A DNA stretch of 64,000 bases from Acidobacteriaceae bacterium. Its GTDB lineage: Bacteria; Acidobacteriota; Terriglobia; Terriglobales; Acidobacteriaceae. The position numbers were made by a program, and so were the translations under genes. Of this stretch, positions 62,152-64,000 are shown piece by piece. The stretch spans positions 11,489 to 75,488 of the forward strand of contig PMWW01000146.1 in assembly GCA_003165795.1 (NCBI GenBank), written 5' to 3'. Every line of letters starts with the position of its first letter. Position 1 is the stretch's first letter. The notes under the pieces are model-generated. The model was not told the DNA's origin. It searched no databases and worked only from the letters and a program-made list of their open reading frames with translations.

Positions 62152-64000
62152 CTAGTACAACCTTTGCAAGCGCCTGAGGGTCCCGAAGCTCCCCACATTG
62201 GTGAGACTGAAAGTGAAGCGATAGGAATTTTCGGCGCTCACCACGGAGAGGTCGTAGCGCTGATACTGAAAGACAAACCCGCAGCAGTCCCAGTTGTAAT
62301 TCGTCTGAATGGTGGCCGCCTGAATGTAGGAGAGCCGTGCGTCCGCCGCTACGCTTACCCCGCCGCTAAAGCCCATCTTGTTCATGTTCCCGTATATCAC
62401 GCCGATGCGGTATTGATTGTAAACGTCAGGCGTGGCGACCCCGTTGACAATAGAGACTTCACCGGGGGCATCCAGATAAGCTTGTCCGCCATTTAAGTAC
62501 CAACTTCCCCAACGATGTCCGGCAAAAATGGTGCTGGCATTTATCTGATGTAACACCGGGTCGTAATCCAGAGACCACTGAAAGTCGGTAGCTCCGGACT
62601 GCACCTGCAGACGCGAAATGATAGGCGAGAATATCCGGGGTTCGGTGAGGAAGGCAATTCCCGTGAAATCGACGGTGCTGTCGAACACGTTGCGTTGGCC
62701 CGGCGCCAGCGCGCCGCCAAAGGTCGGGTTGGCAAAGTATTTTTGAGCGATCTCCCAGGTCACGATGTTGCTGGCGGGGCCCGAGCTGTCATCGCAGTTT
62801 GGGTGGTCCTTTGCGGCACTGCCTTCGGTGGCTTTTCCCGTAGCCGGCGAAAGGAAGTTGTATTGCGGATGGTGAAAGCATTGCGCGGTCGAGCGCGTTT
62901 TCTTGGAGTAGAGCCGATTGATGACGCCGTACTCCACTTCGTTGGTGTCGGCCAAAATGTCGCGATAGTCGAAGCGGATAATCTGACTAAAATCGTTGAT
63001 TCCGGTCTGATAACGGTAGATGGCAAAGGGCTCAATCGTATGCTTGAGCACCCGGCCAAAGGGCTTGTGGTCGAAGATCCGGGAGAGGGTGGGAGGCCGT
63101 ACCTCCAGCGATGCACTGGCAACATTGCGGTTGATAGGATTACTGACTGCCACTCCCAGGTCCTGTGTCGCACTGGGCTCCAGCCGCTGGGTGTAATAGG
63201 TTTCGCGCGCGCCGACCTCGGGGCGGAATGTCCAGCCATGAAGGAACTTGGGCAAGGCAATGTAAGGACTAGCGTCGATCCGTCCGACGATAGGAGCAGT
63301 GGAGAACCCGATTTCATTTCGTGAAACGCCAGCGGTATTTAGGTCATAGGCATACACCAAGTCAGTCCGGCTGAAAGTTCGCTCAACTGTCGAGAACTCA
63401 ACGCTGGGCGCATGGTTAATCGCGATGAAGTCGCCGGGCGCCGTGCTCTGATAGTCTTGATAGCGCGCCGCCAGGAAGCCGAGGCCGTAACCATTCCAGT
63501 TCTTGCTCACGAACCCAAACGTGTGCACTTCGGAATTGATGGCCTCGGTAAAGCCTTGGGCAAAAGCCAAACGGAAGAGGTAGGAGCTGAGATAGTCCAC
63601 CGAGATTACGCCACGAAAGCCGTCGGGCAGGTCCTTCCAGCCGTTTACCCTGAGGTCCTCACCACCTTGGTTCTGATGAGTAACTGGCGCACCTTTCTCA
63701 TCGATGACCCCGTAATAGGCGGCTTGCAAACCGTAGTTGTACCCAAGGGAGCGGAAGTCCCCCAACTGGGCCCAGCCGCGCGCCGCGTAGAGCGTCGCCC
63801 CCAGCGTGACGTCTGTGTTTCGGCTCAGCGCCCAAAAGAAGGCGTCTCCCAGGATGAAGCCCTTGATGCTGGAATCCCCGACCTCCGGGATCAGAAAGCC
63901 GCTCTTTCGCCCGAAGTCCACCGGATGTTCCGCATACGGAAGGTACAAGACCGCAATGCCATGCAACTTCAAGGTGGCATGGTGCATTTTAACTTCGTTG
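62152..64000 (-). CDS. lptD: LPS-assembly protein LptD (C-terminal barrel; gene continues beyond the window end)
   Basis: The ORF is open to the window edge. ...LYLPYAEHPVDFGRKSGFLIPEVGDSSIKGF... and the long beta-barrel are typical of the LptD/OstA C-terminal domain. Confidence 0.7.
   Translation of the reverse strand, partial: NEVKMHHATLKLHGIAVLYLPYAEHPVDFGRKSGFLIPEVGDSSIKGFILGDAFFWALSRNTDVTLGATLYAARGWAQLGDFRSLGYNYGLQAAYYGVIDEKGAPVTHQNQGGEDLRVNGWKDLPDGFRGVISVDYLSSYLFRLAFAQGFTEAINSEVHTFGFVSKNWNGYGLGFLAARYQDYQSTAPGDFIAINHAPSVEFSTVERTFSRTDLVYAYDLNTAGVSRNEIGFSTAPIVGRIDASPYIALPKFLHGWTFRPEVGARETYYTQRLEPSATQDLGVAVSNPINRNVASASLEVRPPTLSRIFDHKPFGRVLKHTIEPFAIYRYQTGINDFSQIIRFDYRDILADTNEVEYGVINRLYSKKTRSTAQCFHHPQYNFLSPATGKATEGSAAKDHPNCDDSSGPASNIVTWEIAQKYFANPTFGGALAPGQRNVFDSTVDFTGIAFLTEPRIFSPIISRLQVQSGATDFQWSLDYDPVLHQINASTIFAGHRWGSWYLNGGQAYLDAPGEVSIVNGVATPDVYNQYRIGVIYGNMNKMGFSGGVSVAADARLSYIQAATIQTNYNWDCCGFVFQYQRYDLSVVSAENSYRFTFSLTNVGSFGTLRRLQRLY

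Noticed and set aside
1-64000. Search for CRISPR arrays, tRNA/rRNA genes, IS elements, integrases and prophage or defence-system genes.
   Set aside because: I found no regularly spaced direct repeats, no tRNA-like cloverleaf candidates in intergenic regions, and no transposase, integrase or recognisable defence-gene motifs in any ORF. A manual scan cannot exclude small RNAs.

Overview
High-GC (about 60%) bacterial chromosomal window. I recognised no rRNA, tRNA, CRISPR array, transposase or integrase. Positions 1-31 kb form one co-directional minus-strand block. (i) A translationally coupled CODH/ACS (Wood-Ljungdahl carbonyl branch) operon of at least 10 genes runs from 14129 down past position 1. 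Gene order: GntR/FCD regulator, CooC-like ATPase, core-MetE-like protein, CooC, CooS/AcsA, a single ORF fusing AcsB to AcsD, AcsC, RACo corrinoid activator, a stand-alone MetH-type homocysteine S-methyltransferase domain, and a CbiZ-like gene cut by the window edge. No pterin-binding AcsE is visible. (ii) Directly upstream lies a corrinoid uptake and salvage block with two cobalamin riboswitches: cobU, cbiA, btuF, then the second riboswitch, then a btuB-like receptor, cobT, cobS, cobC, btuC, btuD and a 1257-aa TonB-dependent receptor. A third TonB-dependent receptor sits at 28.7-31 kb. The remaining 31-64 kb is mixed. It holds a nitrilase-family hydrolase, decayed toxin-antitoxin and CobN fragments, an APC permease, a CzcCBA-type RND efflux operon, Dsb/thioredoxin envelope genes, an orphan 711-aa Cys-rich protein plus DUF1360, an SDR pseudogene, a Zn-ADH, an RC-cytochrome-c-like protein, accC plus BCCP, metC, SurA-like, DsbA-like, LarE-like and partial lptD. 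CarboxypepD_reg-type TonB receptors and RC-cytochrome-c-like proteins suggest Acidobacteriota (inference only). The most interesting point is that the acs operon appears wired to homocysteine methylation (two different Zn-thiol methyltransferases next to CFeSP and RACo) and to corrinoid remodelling. It also shares an identical TTCCCA-N3-TGGGAA palindrome with the promoter region of the B12-salvage operon. All identifications are from reading translations and motifs; no database search was possible.
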